A stretch of 64,000 nucleotides of DNA from Nitrospirota bacterium (GCA_963701855.1 CAVPBK010000006.1:672001-736000); one strand, 5' to 3'. Shown: positions 41,104 to 50,852, numbered from the stretch's first letter. A program made the numbers and translations. Notes: generated by a model not told the origin, from the letters alone.

Positions 41104-41795
41104 GATTATTCTCCCATTTTTTGAATAACAATTCGCACGTGTACATGAAATATAGCACCTGAATGAAAAGATGAGACTCTCCTGCGGCTCGTAGCCATTT
41201 CGCTTTAATTGTCAGTCTGTTGGATGTGGATCTTGAGGGTGACCGCATCAGACAAGCAAGCAGTTACGCCGCTAGATCAATCACGAAGGAGGGGACCAGT
41301 GAGAAAACAAGTTAGAATTGGGCCTCCTTTCGATCAGCCCAGCGAGCCGGACGCATCACGGTACTTAATGCCGCTACAGCACAAATGAAGGACAACATGG
41401 CCAAGCCCACCATTAGAAAGAAACCAGCTCGGACGTCGTGGAGGACTACATGATTCATGGTAAGCCCCTCCTCTTGGTGACTATGCTTTTATCCGCTCAG
41501 CCATCCACAAGAACAGACCCAGGGTGCCGTGGGATCCTGCTTCGTCAACCAGCGTCCACAACAGGGACAATGCCTCGTCCAGGCATACCGCTGACGACGC
41601 CTGAGAAACCTTTCGCTAGAAAGTCTCACGCGATCTTGCCTATAGCATAGCACCATTCAGACACCCCCTTGACCATGCTCTTTGTTGTAAGAGTACTGCG
41701 GGGGATACGAGGAATCTATGCACCTTTGGGGGGAACGACCCTCTCGAAAGGGCCAAACAGGCCAGCTGTAAGCTACTAGTACTCCAATGATTCTA

Positions 41796-41817
41796 TCCAT
41801 CGGCTTCAGCCGATGGA
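41796..41817 (-). terminator. Perfect hairpin immediately downstream of the tRNA 3' duplicate
   Basis: TCCATCGGCT-TC-AGCCGATGGA; no clear U-tract. Confidence 0.5.
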
Positions 41818-41818
41818 G

Positions 41819-41866
41819 TGGTGCGCCCGGAGGGACTTGAACCCCCAACCCTCGGACCAGAAGTCC
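41819..41866 (-). repeat. att-site duplicate of the tRNA-Arg 3' half
   Basis: 46/48 identical to 52364-52411. Confidence 0.92.
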
Positions 41867-41978
41867 TACCGGCTACTCCTGAGACAGAAAGTGAACAGGA
41901 ATGACAGACAGCGACGTTACCACTATGGATACTGATGATTAGGCCATTTGGCTCGACCATCAGTAGTGATAGAGGTAC

Positions 41979-42212
41979 ATTGGCAACCACGACCGGCAAC
42001 CCCGACGCGACGAGCGCCCCGATGAGTAGCAGCTCGAGACCACCGGTCGCCTCCAAGACGATCAACGCAACCGGGAAGGTCCGCAGGCGTTCGACCACGT
42101 GGGTATGCCCGGTCTCATCATTGGGTACGACGAACTGTCCTTCGGGCCGCAGGGCAATATCCAACTGCGCCTTTGAGACATCAATACCGACAAACCATGG
42201 GGCAGGTGTCAT
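41979..42212 (-). pseudogene. IS110-family recombinase, N-terminal 78 aa only
   Basis: VGIDVSKAQLD, IVLEATGGLE, LPVVVAN then similarity is lost; GGGAGG RBS. Confidence 0.88.
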
Positions 42213-42229
42213 GATCGCCTCCCTTGGTG

Positions 42230-42385
42230 GCCCATCCTTGCATGATGCGGGCTTGTAGCCCCGTGCAACTGTTCGGGCTCATTCAGGATAAAGGCGTGAC
42301 GACCCTGGCTACTCCTCGGTCTCAGACGACCTCGGCTGGATCGGTCTATCACGCCCTGGGTGAAATGTGTTACGCGATTACACGG
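42230..42385 (-). ncRNA. Candidate IS110 bridge RNA (left non-coding end)
   Basis: 5' hairpin, then GGCGUGA...UCACGCC enclosing a large internal loop, then GCCC-GAACAGUUGCAC-GGGGCU/AGCCC-GCAUCAUGCAAGGAU-GGGC directly upstream of the IS110 ORF. Confidence 0.7.
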
Positions 42386-42918
42386 AATCAGAGAGTAAAG
42401 ATATAAGGTGGAGTTGAGTACACAATGAGCACAATTGGCTCACCAATTTCCACCCATTGCGAACCTGTGAACTCTGTTGGAAGGGAAGCGATCATGTAGG
42501 TTCGAACGATGAGTCAATGAGCATCCAACTATCGTTTTTAAAGAACGGGGAAAAGTCTTCTGGTTGAGCCAAAACTAAAAAGAGGGCAAAAAGTACGAAT
42601 TGACCTGTCTATGCAGAACAGCTAAACGCATCCCCTGCGCTCGGCATTGCTCCGAAGCCAACGGTTTGTTAGGCTTGCCACACCGCTCGGACCATTCTTC
42701 GAACGGATGAGAGTCTTGATCAGACGTGTGCAAGTGAACGTCACTGCGCTGGGCGCCCGCAAGGTGACCGAGACGTGGGTCGGTGAGTGAGGAGGCAATC
42801 GAAGGTACCGTTCCCGGAACGAATCAGTATCAGCATCAGCAGATAATCGCCATAATGAGATCGATCTTCCCTTAACAGGTAACAAGGTACCGGGTTCAGT
42901 CTGAGGCATGGGGGAACG

Positions 42919-43644
42919 ATGAGTTGGGAAACGTCCATGACCAATGAGTTTCCTGAGGCTATTCCACAGGACCGGTTCGTCGCCGGATCATTTGAGAAAC
43001 TGCACAGACAAGGATTTCTGGTGGAGAATACAATCGCCTTCGCGTGTGTCTGCCGCGACGAGGCCACCTTGCCCCTGGTGAAAGATATTGAGAAAACCTG
43101 GGGAGAAGTGTTCATGTTTTCCAGTCTCGGTGGAATGATCATTTTAGGCAAGACCGGATTCTTGGCCGCCCAACAGCATGCCCCTATTGATGAAGGTGGC
43201 ATAGAGCGATCTGTGTATTATGCCCTGCCGCATATTGCCATTGGGCCTCACGGGGAATTCGGCGTCTATTTTCGTCCAGGTCGCCAGAAGGCCTCCCATG
43301 CCTGCGGCGCCTTGATGGCGTTTCAACATGAACTCGAGAGTCGGTCTCTCCAATTGGCGCCCGATCCTGATGATATAGAGCAAAGTTTTCTCAAGCGACA
43401 TCTGTTGGGCAAGCTCCGGTATGGCGATGTCCCGGATTTACCGTCTTTGACCAGGATCGCTCATGCGGTCATCCTCGAAGAACTCGAACGGATGATCCGG
43501 CTGACTGTCGATCCCACGCGAAGCGATTACGGCCTGTTCACCGGGATTCAGATCCACACCCCGAACGGCGGTCACTTCGTGTGGCCTGGGGCCGCCTATG
43601 CCATGAAGAACGGGAAAACGGTGAGCCTGTCCGACGTGAAGTGA
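42919..43644 (+). CDS. LCIB/LCIC-family (theta-type) carbonic anhydrase homologue
   Basis: NTIAFACVCRDE, LGG...G.TG, H.P, PHIAI...G..RPGR..S.ACGAL, VDP...DY..TGIQIH; Cys-His-Cys Zn triad intact. Confidence 0.85.
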   Translation: MSWETSMTNEFPEAIPQDRFVAGSFEKLHRQGFLVENTIAFACVCRDEATLPLVKDIEKTWGEVFMFSSLGGMIILGKTGFLAAQQHAPIDEGGIERSVYYALPHIAIGPHGEFGVYFRPGRQKASHACGALMAFQHELESRSLQLAPDPDDIEQSFLKRHLLGKLRYGDVPDLPSLTRIAHAVILEELERMIRLTVDPTRSDYGLFTGIQIHTPNGGHFVWPGAAYAMKNGKTVSLSDVK

Positions 43645-44257
43645 TAAAGATCACAACATGAAAGGGAAGAGCGACGCGGAACACCTTGCAGACGGTCTTG
43701 GCCGCGAGCTGGCAGTAGTTGACCATGAAATTGTCTGAGGTAGACCAAGCAATTGCTTGAGACCGATCGGATTTCTAAAGCCGTGGATTCCAGATTCTCA
43801 ACCTCTGTCTAAGTGGAGTCCTCCTGCCCTACGGCCACACACACGTCTCCCTCCCACCAAGAAAGGAAGGGGGAGTCTTCTCAATTTCAAATCCTGCCCA
43901 AAAAGGAAACCCCTGAGTCACACAACCAAACAACCAGAGTGGGCCATGCCATGATCCCATTGCGCTATGATTTCCCGAAGCGAATCGGCCCGACGCAGAT
44001 CTGCACCCCGTCTGCTATCGCGCCTACTCGCGAGCTTAGCGCACGACGGTTCGCGTCTATCAACTGGTGCGCCGGGATTGGTTGGGAAAATTCGGAACTC
44101 TTTGGCGAAAACTTCCAGATATGAAATCCTCACTATCCTACCCCCAAGCGCACCGACTTATCAGGGTTGTAAGCGCGAGTTGAACGCCATCACTCGATGT
44201 GCCAAGCAACGGTCTGCCCGTCATCGTATCCCTGAAAGTCGGTGCCCACTGGTCTCC

Positions 44258-44662
44258 TCAGTGTTTAGCCAACCTGCTATCCTGCGTTTCCGTTTCTTTA
44301 TTGTTGATATCGTGAATGGCCAGCACGCTTGTCACACCACCGTTCGCTTTACCGAGTTTCGCCTCAATCCAATCTCCTGGCTCGAATACGTGGCCGTTTC
44401 TCAGGGCTGCGGTGACTGGCAACTGCACTTCCTGCCCATTAAATCGCTCAACGACAAGCGTATCGCCGTCCACGCGCAGGACCTCGCCCTTGATGGTTTG
44501 AATGCCCTGCCGTTCTTCTTGACTACACTGCAGGAGATTCGGGAGACCACCTTTTCGACTGGCACAAGGGTCAAGGCGAAATGCCTGCGATGCATCGGCC
44601 AGACTCAGGCACAGCACAACACCGCATGAGAGGACACCGATGATTTTTGGAAGGGATACCAT
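44258..44662 (-). CDS. Exported hypothetical protein (OB-fold-like)
   Basis: AAGGAGG RBS, signal peptide, TIKGEVLRVDGD. Confidence 0.7.
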   Translation of the reverse strand: MVSLPKIIGVLSCGVVLCLSLADASQAFRLDPCASRKGGLPNLLQCSQEERQGIQTIKGEVLRVDGDTLVVERFNGQEVQLPVTAALRNGHVFEPGDWIEAKLGKANGGVTSVLAIHDINNKETETQDSRLAKH

Positions 44663-44848
44663 GACAACCTCCTTGTTAATGATTGGTAGTTCGAAACCCG
44701 TGTCTTCCAACCCCCTGAGTTCGCCAGGGAGTCATATGACCTTTCATCTATACGTTTACACAACGGGTACATGAATGAGTATCAGGGGATTTCTGAGAGT
44801 TCCTGGAAAAATACCTGAGCAGGCCTGTGGGAGAAGTGGATGCTCACG

Positions 44849-44959
44849 ATAGGCAAACGGTACAAACACCGTAAAGGACAGCGCTGAAGCTCCGACAACT
44901 AGCGCGGCGAGATGCCGCACCCCTGGAATAAAGTATGCCACCAGCAGGGAATATTTGCC
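44849..44959 (-). repeat. 111-bp dedA fragment, inverted relative to 49891-50001
   Basis: 107/111 identical. Confidence 0.92.
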
Positions 44960-45108
44960 GAGGCAGCATGCTTGGCCTTCTGTCCGTAGGCCTGGCCTTT
45001 CTCTGGACAGTCAATCCCGCTGAGTCGGATACGTTCAGGGTGTTGGGTGTGTAGGACTTCGATGGTGTCGCCGTCGAGGACGGAAACGACGGGGCCAGTG
45101 GGTCTCAC
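44960..45108 (-). pseudogene. Thermonuclease (SNase-like) N-terminal fragment
   Basis: VVSVLDGDTIEV...RIRLSGIDCPEKGQAYG. Confidence 0.85.
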
Positions 45109-45309
45109 GCGCTAAAACGACATGGATGCCCGCTTCGGGATTGAAACAGATCCAGTATCGCTTCGCTCCGCCTCATTCTTTGCTGTCGCATGTGTCGGCA
45201 AATTGCTTGCGCACCAGCCTGAGGTGTAGTCTATTGACCGATGCCCCCGTGTATCGACGGGGATGTGATCGAAGTACATGCCGTGTGTCCACATTACGGA
45301 AGAACCGCG

Positions 45310-45831
45310 ATGTTTCGATATGGGGCGCTGACACTGGTTGTCTTGATCTCCCTGTCCTATGGCTGTAGTCCACCAATTACACAGGAGATCGCCGTTCGGG
45401 AACTTGAGGCAATGGCGCGCAATCCCAGTATTCAGTTTAATGATGCAAGATTTTCTCATGTGAACCAAAAATCGCTGGTTTCTATCCACTATAGGAATTC
45501 TGGTGCGAGTCACGCCTATCGTGTGGTTACCGACCTTAAAGTGTTTCTGGACGCACACAAAGTGCCGATAGAGCAAGATTCTCCCGAGTTCGAGTCCACG
45601 CTGGCTCCGAATGCACCTCGAGAGTTGCGTGGTATCCTTCCAGACAAATTCATTGAGGAAGTGATGAATGGCAAGGGGAAATTAACCATGGAATTTGCAG
45701 CTTCATATCAGAATCAGCAGGGCAAACAGTTTGTGGCTTTTTCAAGCTGGCAATTCAGTCGGATTACGATGGAGCCATTTCTCCTAGAGAATCAGCTCAC
45801 TTCAACTGGTCCTCCGCCCCCCGCGCCATGA
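45310..45831 (+). CDS. Putative lipoprotein
   Basis: Signal peptide with SYGC lipobox. Confidence 0.7.
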   Translation: MFRYGALTLVVLISLSYGCSPPITQEIAVRELEAMARNPSIQFNDARFSHVNQKSLVSIHYRNSGASHAYRVVTDLKVFLDAHKVPIEQDSPEFESTLAPNAPRELRGILPDKFIEEVMNGKGKLTMEFAASYQNQQGKQFVAFSSWQFSRITMEPFLLENQLTSTGPPPPAP

Positions 45832-46003
45832 TGGAGGATGAGGAACCTCACTAGGACTTGCGGGCATGACCATCCAGATTGCATCGCTGACGGTCATCCT
45901 TAGAGGAAAGGCTATTTCTACTTCGCCACAATCTTGTAGTTGATCTGCTCGTATATCGCCTCCTTGTCAGTGCATCGTCCCCTTCAGCATCCGCTGCCCC
46001 ATC

Positions 46004-46435
46004 TCAATGATTCTGTCCAGCCGCTGCAGCAGGTTCATCGACTGGCGCGAGACCTTGTCGGTTGCAGGATACGATGATGCCCCAGGTTTGACGCTGAATG
46101 CTGTAGCCGTCAAGACCTTGACGGTATTCGACGGTGGTTCGGTCGGATTGCGTCTGTTCAAACGTGACATCAAAGAGCATAGTGCGTGAATAGATTGCGT
46201 AGACGCGAATCAACGGACCTCCTTCTCGCTTCCAGCGTATGCTGGGTTCTCCTCCGAAGAGCCACAACTCCCTTTCAAGGCGTTGCTTCACACAGGTGGC
46301 CAGTATGTCATAGGGTGCCTGAAAGGTGGTGGTTCGAAGGGGTTTGGCAGCACGGGCTTCGTCTAAGTTTTCGGATGCACAGCCTACTAACGCGGCTAGT
46401 ACCAGAAGAAGGATAGAAAAGAGCGTGGCCGGCAT
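46004..46435 (-). CDS. Putative lipoprotein, paralogue of 46961-47392
   Basis: LVGC lipobox; LATCV...FDVTF...VEYR.G.DG...QTW....C. Confidence 0.7.
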   Translation of the reverse strand: MPATLFSILLLVLAALVGCASENLDEARAAKPLRTTTFQAPYDILATCVKQRLERELWLFGGEPSIRWKREGGPLIRVYAIYSRTMLFDVTFEQTQSDRTTVEYRQGLDGYSIQRQTWGIIVSCNRQGLAPVDEPAAAAGQNH

Positions 46436-46654
46436 CTTTCCAAATGGACCTTCGTTGTCGGTACCGGAACATTGCACAGGGAAACGACGGTAGGGACCAA
46501 TCCAGAAGGACATGGAGGCCTCGCAGGGAGGCGTATTCTAGGAGGGATGCCTAGGGTGCGCAAGAGGCGAACAGGCCGCCGATGGGAGCGGATGCCGAAG
46601 ACGTGGGAGGCGTGAGGCGAATACGCGAAACGTCGACGAAGGCAGAGGGGGGGG

Positions 46655-46861
46655 TTAGGCGGGCGCCAATATTTTGTAGTACACAACCCGGCCCTGCTTT
46701 CTGCAAGTGAAGCAGATCCCTTCTTCTCCTAAGACCAGTTCATTCCTGTGTGAAGGACGGCTAGCATCAATAAATTTCTTGGATTCGGGTAAGCCGTCTT
46801 TCACGGAGACCTTACAGAGGCATCGAATGCAGAAAGACTCTGTCTGATCCATGAGATACAA
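46655..46861 (-). CDS. Small Cys-rich hypothetical protein
   Basis: FCIRCL...EGICFTCRK. Confidence 0.45.
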   Translation of the reverse strand: MYLMDQTESFCIRCLCKVSVKDGLPESKKFIDASRPSHRNELVLGEEGICFTCRKQGRVVYYKILAPA

Positions 46862-46960
46862 TGCCAGATCTAGAACATGCGGGGACTAGGAATCTCCCTA
46901 GTCGTGCTGCCGACGTGCGTCGGCGTGGGTACGTCCCGGACTTTTCGCGGCGGTGCGGGC

Positions 46961-47392
46961 TTATTTTGGCGAAACGCCTGGTGGGAACGGTGCTGTGGTG
47001 GCGGGCGGCGCTTGAAGCTGCTGGGCGCAGCGGGCAAGGAGGGCCCAGGTTTGCTGGGCAAGCGCATGACCGTCGCGATGGCCTTTTCGCAGTTCTACTT
47101 TGGTGAGCTCAGTCTGCGCAACAAAATGCAACTCAAACCCCACGATCCGTTGAGCTAGAAGCGATTGTCGTGTGACGGTGAGAAAAAACTCCCGCTGCTC
47201 AGGCCCCCCGCTGAGGTGTGCCTCATAGGCAGAGTCGATGGCTTCGATCCCACGCAAGACACAGTAGGAGAGGGCAGACGCCGGGGCCGAAAAATTACCT
47301 ACCTGGTCCGGAGGCGCCTGCCGAACCTCGGCCAGACTCGCGACGCAGCCTGAGAGCAGCAGGGCCAGACCGAAGAGTGAGAGACGACGCAT
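46961..47392 (-). CDS. Putative lipoprotein
   Basis: LSGC lipobox; LSYCV...FELHF...VELR.G.RDG...QTW....C. Confidence 0.7.
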   Translation of the reverse strand: MRRLSLFGLALLLSGCVASLAEVRQAPPDQVGNFSAPASALSYCVLRGIEAIDSAYEAHLSGGPEQREFFLTVTRQSLLAQRIVGFELHFVAQTELTKVELRKGHRDGHALAQQTWALLARCAQQLQAPPATTAPFPPGVSPK

Positions 47393-47546
47393 GCACGGAA
47401 TCCTAGCACAGCTCATGGCCGGGAACCATCGTACTTATCGAAACATCACCCCGAGCATGGTGTTGCCGACGATGGAGAGGAGAGAGATGGCTCCGCTTGA
47501 TTGGACAGGTTCTGCCGGTTCATAAGTGGCGCCCGGCGGTTAGGGC

Positions 47547-48377
47547 CTACGCAGCGGAAGGCTGTGCGGGCCGGTTCTCCCAGTACACGCGATCGGGCGT
47601 GCGTCCGTCAAGCGCGCGATGCGGCCTGACTTGATTATAGAATTGGACGTAACGGTCGAGCCCCTGCTGCGCGTCACGAACCGTCTCGTACGCGTGGAGA
47701 TAGACCTCCTCATACTTGAGGCTCCGCCAGAGGCGTTCCACATATACGTTATCCCGCCAACAGCCGCGGGCATCCATACTGATCTGGATGCCCTGGTCAT
47801 TCAGCAAACCCGTGAACTCCAGACTGGTAAACTGACAGCCTTGATCGGTGTTGAAGATCTCCGGATGGCCATACTGCGTGATCGCCTCCCGCACCGCGTC
47901 GAGGCAGAAGTCCGTGGTCAACGTATTGGAGAGCCGCCACGCCAACACTCGGCGACTCGCCCAGTCCAGGACGGCGAAGAGAGACACGAAGCCCCGACGC
48001 ATGGGAATGTAGGTGAGGTCCGCCGCCCAGACGTGGTTCGGGCGAACGATCTCCAGACCGCGCAGACGATAGGGGTAGATCCGATGGGCAGGATGCCGCT
48101 GAGTGGTGCAGGGCTTGCGATACACGGCGGTGATCCCCATGCGCCGCATGAGGCTGGCCACACGCCGCCGCCCAATGGCCTGGCCGTCCTGTCGGAGGAG
48201 AGCGCGCAGCATCCGAGCCCCGGCAAAGGGATACTGGAGATGCAACTCGTCAATCCGGCGCATCAGGGCCAGTTCGCTATCGGCCACGGGCGTCGGTTGA
48301 TAGTAGGCCGTCGAGCGTGCCACGCCGAGCAGCTGGCATTGCCGAACGACAGGCAGGGGATGAGTTCGGTCGATCAT
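47547..48377 (-). CDS. IS3 OrfB DDE transposase
   Basis: WAADLTY, LDWASR, FNTDQGCQFT, DNVYVERLWRSLKYE, YNQVRPH. Confidence 0.92.
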   Translation of the reverse strand: MIDRTHPLPVVRQCQLLGVARSTAYYQPTPVADSELALMRRIDELHLQYPFAGARMLRALLRQDGQAIGRRRVASLMRRMGITAVYRKPCTTQRHPAHRIYPYRLRGLEIVRPNHVWAADLTYIPMRRGFVSLFAVLDWASRRVLAWRLSNTLTTDFCLDAVREAITQYGHPEIFNTDQGCQFTSLEFTGLLNDQGIQISMDARGCWRDNVYVERLWRSLKYEEVYLHAYETVRDAQQGLDRYVQFYNQVRPHRALDGRTPDRVYWENRPAQPSAA

Positions 48378-48672
48378 CGCGTTGCGCTCAGCACGCCGGC
48401 CTTGATGAGCGCCCCTTCTAAAAATCGTTCTCCAGCGCCAGTTGCCCGATCTTCGCGTGACGCGTCTTGAGATCCGGCGTCTCTGATGGAGCCCTCGTCC
48501 CGCCAAACACGTCCGCGGCTCGCGCCAGCAACTGTTGTTTCCATTCGGTGATCTGGGTGGGGTGGACGCTGAATTGCTCGGCCAATTCGGCTCGCGTCTT
48601 GTCGCCTTTGACGGCCGTCAAGGCCACCTGCGCCTTGACGCTCGCTCCGTGATTCCGTCTCGTTCGTTTCAT
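48374..48672 (-). CDS. IS3 OrfA (HTH); frameshift in T5 tract near 48420
   Basis: KAQVAL...ELAEQFSVHPTQITEWK...KIGQLALENDF, continuing FLEGAL in the adjacent frame. Confidence 0.85.
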
Positions 48673-49101
48673 CGCCTCGCTCCTGTGGTTCGCCACCCCT
48701 CGGTGGCGTTGGTGAAGCCAGGCTACCACTTACCATACTGTCCGAATTTCCGGGCCCCCCTCTCTGTCCCTGCGAAATTGCGAGCGCACGCTGACCCGCA
48801 TGCGCGGCATGCCGAGAAGGACCCGTGAGAATGGCGGGCTTACTCACTAAGATGCTAGCAGACGCTGAAGCCGGGCCCGAGAACAGCTGACGGCGCTGCG
48901 TCAAATACGCAGAATCGTGTCGTGCTTCTAGGACAAACCCTCGGCCTGAGTTCAGCTCCTCGTCCCTGCCCTCACCTTGCGGTTTCCTTAGCTCCCTCCT
49001 AGAATGGGCCACCCTGCGAGGCCGCTATGCCCTCTCAAGCGACAAGTACCACAAGGACGGAATCAGATCGGGTGTTCACTTTTAATTGGAGGAGGACTGC
49101 C

Positions 49102-49407
49102 ATGCGTCCATCATTCATCGTTGCGGTTGTGATCGCCACTGCGGTCGGTATCAGTATGACCCCGATTCTTCATTCGCCCGCGTGGGCGCAAGGGATGCCC
49201 CCAGGTGGCCAAGGGGCTACGCCCGGTGCACAGCCGTCCATCAAAGAGGCCGCGGGACAACTCAAAACGGACACCGGCAAGGCCAAGGATGACCTCAAGG
49301 CCATGGACGTGAACAAGGGCAAACAGGACGCGGGTCAGGTGAATAAAGATGTTCAGGGCCTCAAGGAAAGCGTCAAGGAGATGCCGGCGAATCCGTTCGG
49401 CAAATAA
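49102..49407 (+). CDS. Small exported low-complexity protein
   Basis: GGAGGAGG RBS, signal peptide ending AWA, K/D/Q-rich. Confidence 0.7.
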   Translation: MRPSFIVAVVIATAVGISMTPILHSPAWAQGMPPGGQGATPGAQPSIKEAAGQLKTDTGKAKDDLKAMDVNKGKQDAGQVNKDVQGLKESVKEMPANPFGK

Positions 49408-49581
49408 TTCTGCGGGGTGGGTCAACTCGCCGTGAAGTGATTTGAACGGGTAGTCTTGCGGCGCAGCGGCAAGCGCAGAAGTTGAACTCCCAAAAGGAAT
49501 GAGCTACCAACGCCCCAAACGCGATAGCATGTCCCTCGAAGCGACCGTCTCCAACATATTCTTGATGGGGATCATGTCAAG

Positions 49582-50175
49582 ATGGAAACTGGCATCGATT
49601 GGATTGCGCAATATGGCTATGGGATGCTCTTTGTCTTACTGGTGCTGGGCATTGTGGGACTCCCAGTACCCGACGAAACGCTACTGACGTTTGTCGGCTA
49701 TCTGTGTTTCAAAGAAAAACTGCACATCGTGCCCGCGCTAGCCACAGCCTTCCTGGGGAGTGCCAGCGGGATTACGTTGAGCTATGTCATCGGACGTGTT
49801 GTTGGGGTACAAGTTGTCTCGAAGTGGGGACCCTACCTTCATCTTCGCCCTGATCACCTCGCCCAGGCACAGCGCTGGGTTCTCCATTGGGGCAAGTATT
49901 CCCTGCTGGTGGCATACTTTATTCCAGGGGTGCGGCATCTCGCCGCGCTGGTTGTCGGAGCTTCGGCGCTGTCCTTCACGGTGTTTGTACCGTTTGCCTA
50001 TACCGGCGCGTTACTCTGGTCTGCCACGTTTATTGGGCTTGGCTATGTGGCGGGCGAAGAATGGAGTCAGCTCTCCTCCGTCCTGCATCCCTCCTTGATC
50101 ATTGGGGCAATCGTGGTAATGCTGGTGCTCGCAGGTGTGTTGCTGGTCTTGCGGCGACGGGGCAGGCTGAGCTAG
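49582..50175 (+). CDS. dedA: DedA-family membrane protein
   Basis: GLPVPDETLL, G...SY.IGR, FIPGVRH, ALLW...LGY. Confidence 0.9.
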   Translation: METGIDWIAQYGYGMLFVLLVLGIVGLPVPDETLLTFVGYLCFKEKLHIVPALATAFLGSASGITLSYVIGRVVGVQVVSKWGPYLHLRPDHLAQAQRWVLHWGKYSLLVAYFIPGVRHLAALVVGASALSFTVFVPFAYTGALLWSATFIGLGYVAGEEWSQLSSVLHPSLIIGAIVVMLVLAGVLLVLRRRGRLS

Positions 50176-50363
50176 CAGACAGAACTTCTTACAGGGTTAT
50201 GATCCCATCCGCAGTCGGTGTCGCCGTGGGAGTGGAGGAAGCAAATGTAATCGGCGGATCGCGGTGGGAAGTGGACCGCTCAATCGTTGCCTTGACAGCG
50301 AACGTGTCCAGCTCAACGCCAGAAACCGCCCGAAATAACGTGTTGTGAATCTCGTTGTGTTGT

Positions 50364-50852
50364 TCACATGATAGTGTCCAGTTCCATGCCAGCTGCTCTG
50401 AGTGCTTTCGCCAGATTGTTTTGCCAGCGCCCGGTGCTGTCCATGGTCGTACAGGGAACGTCAGCGATCTCGGGTGGGATCTCGGCGCGATCTTTCAGGA
50501 GCGCATACACTCTGGTGTGTCCCAATTTCCCAAGGAAGTAATATAGATCAAGCACGACATTCCGACGCGTGCGAGGTGGGGGTTGCGGTCGGGTGTTTTT
50601 CGAAGAGCCCACATCGTCGGGTGTCAGGATCACGACCGCGAATCCCACGTCGGCGTTGCGTTCAACCTTCTCAATGAGCGTTTTGCCTGTGTCCGCTTGC
50701 TCGTGCAGGATGATGGCACGCAGCCCAAGCCGCTCGATGACGAGCCTGACCTCCTCCTCCGTCCCGGTATCATGACCATGAACGATGAAAATATCTCGCA
50801 TCGGTGCACAGTCTGCCATAGCTAGCTGACCTTTCGGCGGGACCGCCTCCAT
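50364..50852 (-). CDS. TIR-like nucleotide-binding domain protein (CAP12/Pycsar-type TIR), divergent active-site motif
   Basis: IFIVHGHD, ILHEQ...TLIEK.E, FAVVILTPDD, RTRRNVVLDLYYFLGKLG. Confidence 0.82.
   Translation of the reverse strand: MEAVPPKGQLAMADCAPMRDIFIVHGHDTGTEEEVRLVIERLGLRAIILHEQADTGKTLIEKVERNADVGFAVVILTPDDVGSSKNTRPQPPPRTRRNVVLDLYYFLGKLGHTRVYALLKDRAEIPPEIADVPCTTMDSTGRWQNNLAKALRAAGMELDTIM

Larger units (their letters stand above)
47481..48765 (-). mobile_element. IS3-family insertion sequence
   Basis: Imperfect IRs AGAGAGATGGCTCCG...GGACAG...TAAGTGG and CCACTTA...CTGTCC...CGGGCCCCCCTCTCT enclosing orfA/orfB. Confidence 0.9.

Noticed and set aside
41819..41866. Second functional tRNA-Arg
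   Set aside because: Only the 3' half is present; no D-arm or 5' acceptor strand
41793..42212. 139-aa intact transposase as called in the ORF track
   Set aside because: IS110 similarity ends at residue 78; the rest is read-through across the att site
43650..44250. ORFs downstream of the LCIB homologue as partner genes
   Set aside because: Short overlapping ORFs with no recognisable domain; no transporter or carboxysome gene seen
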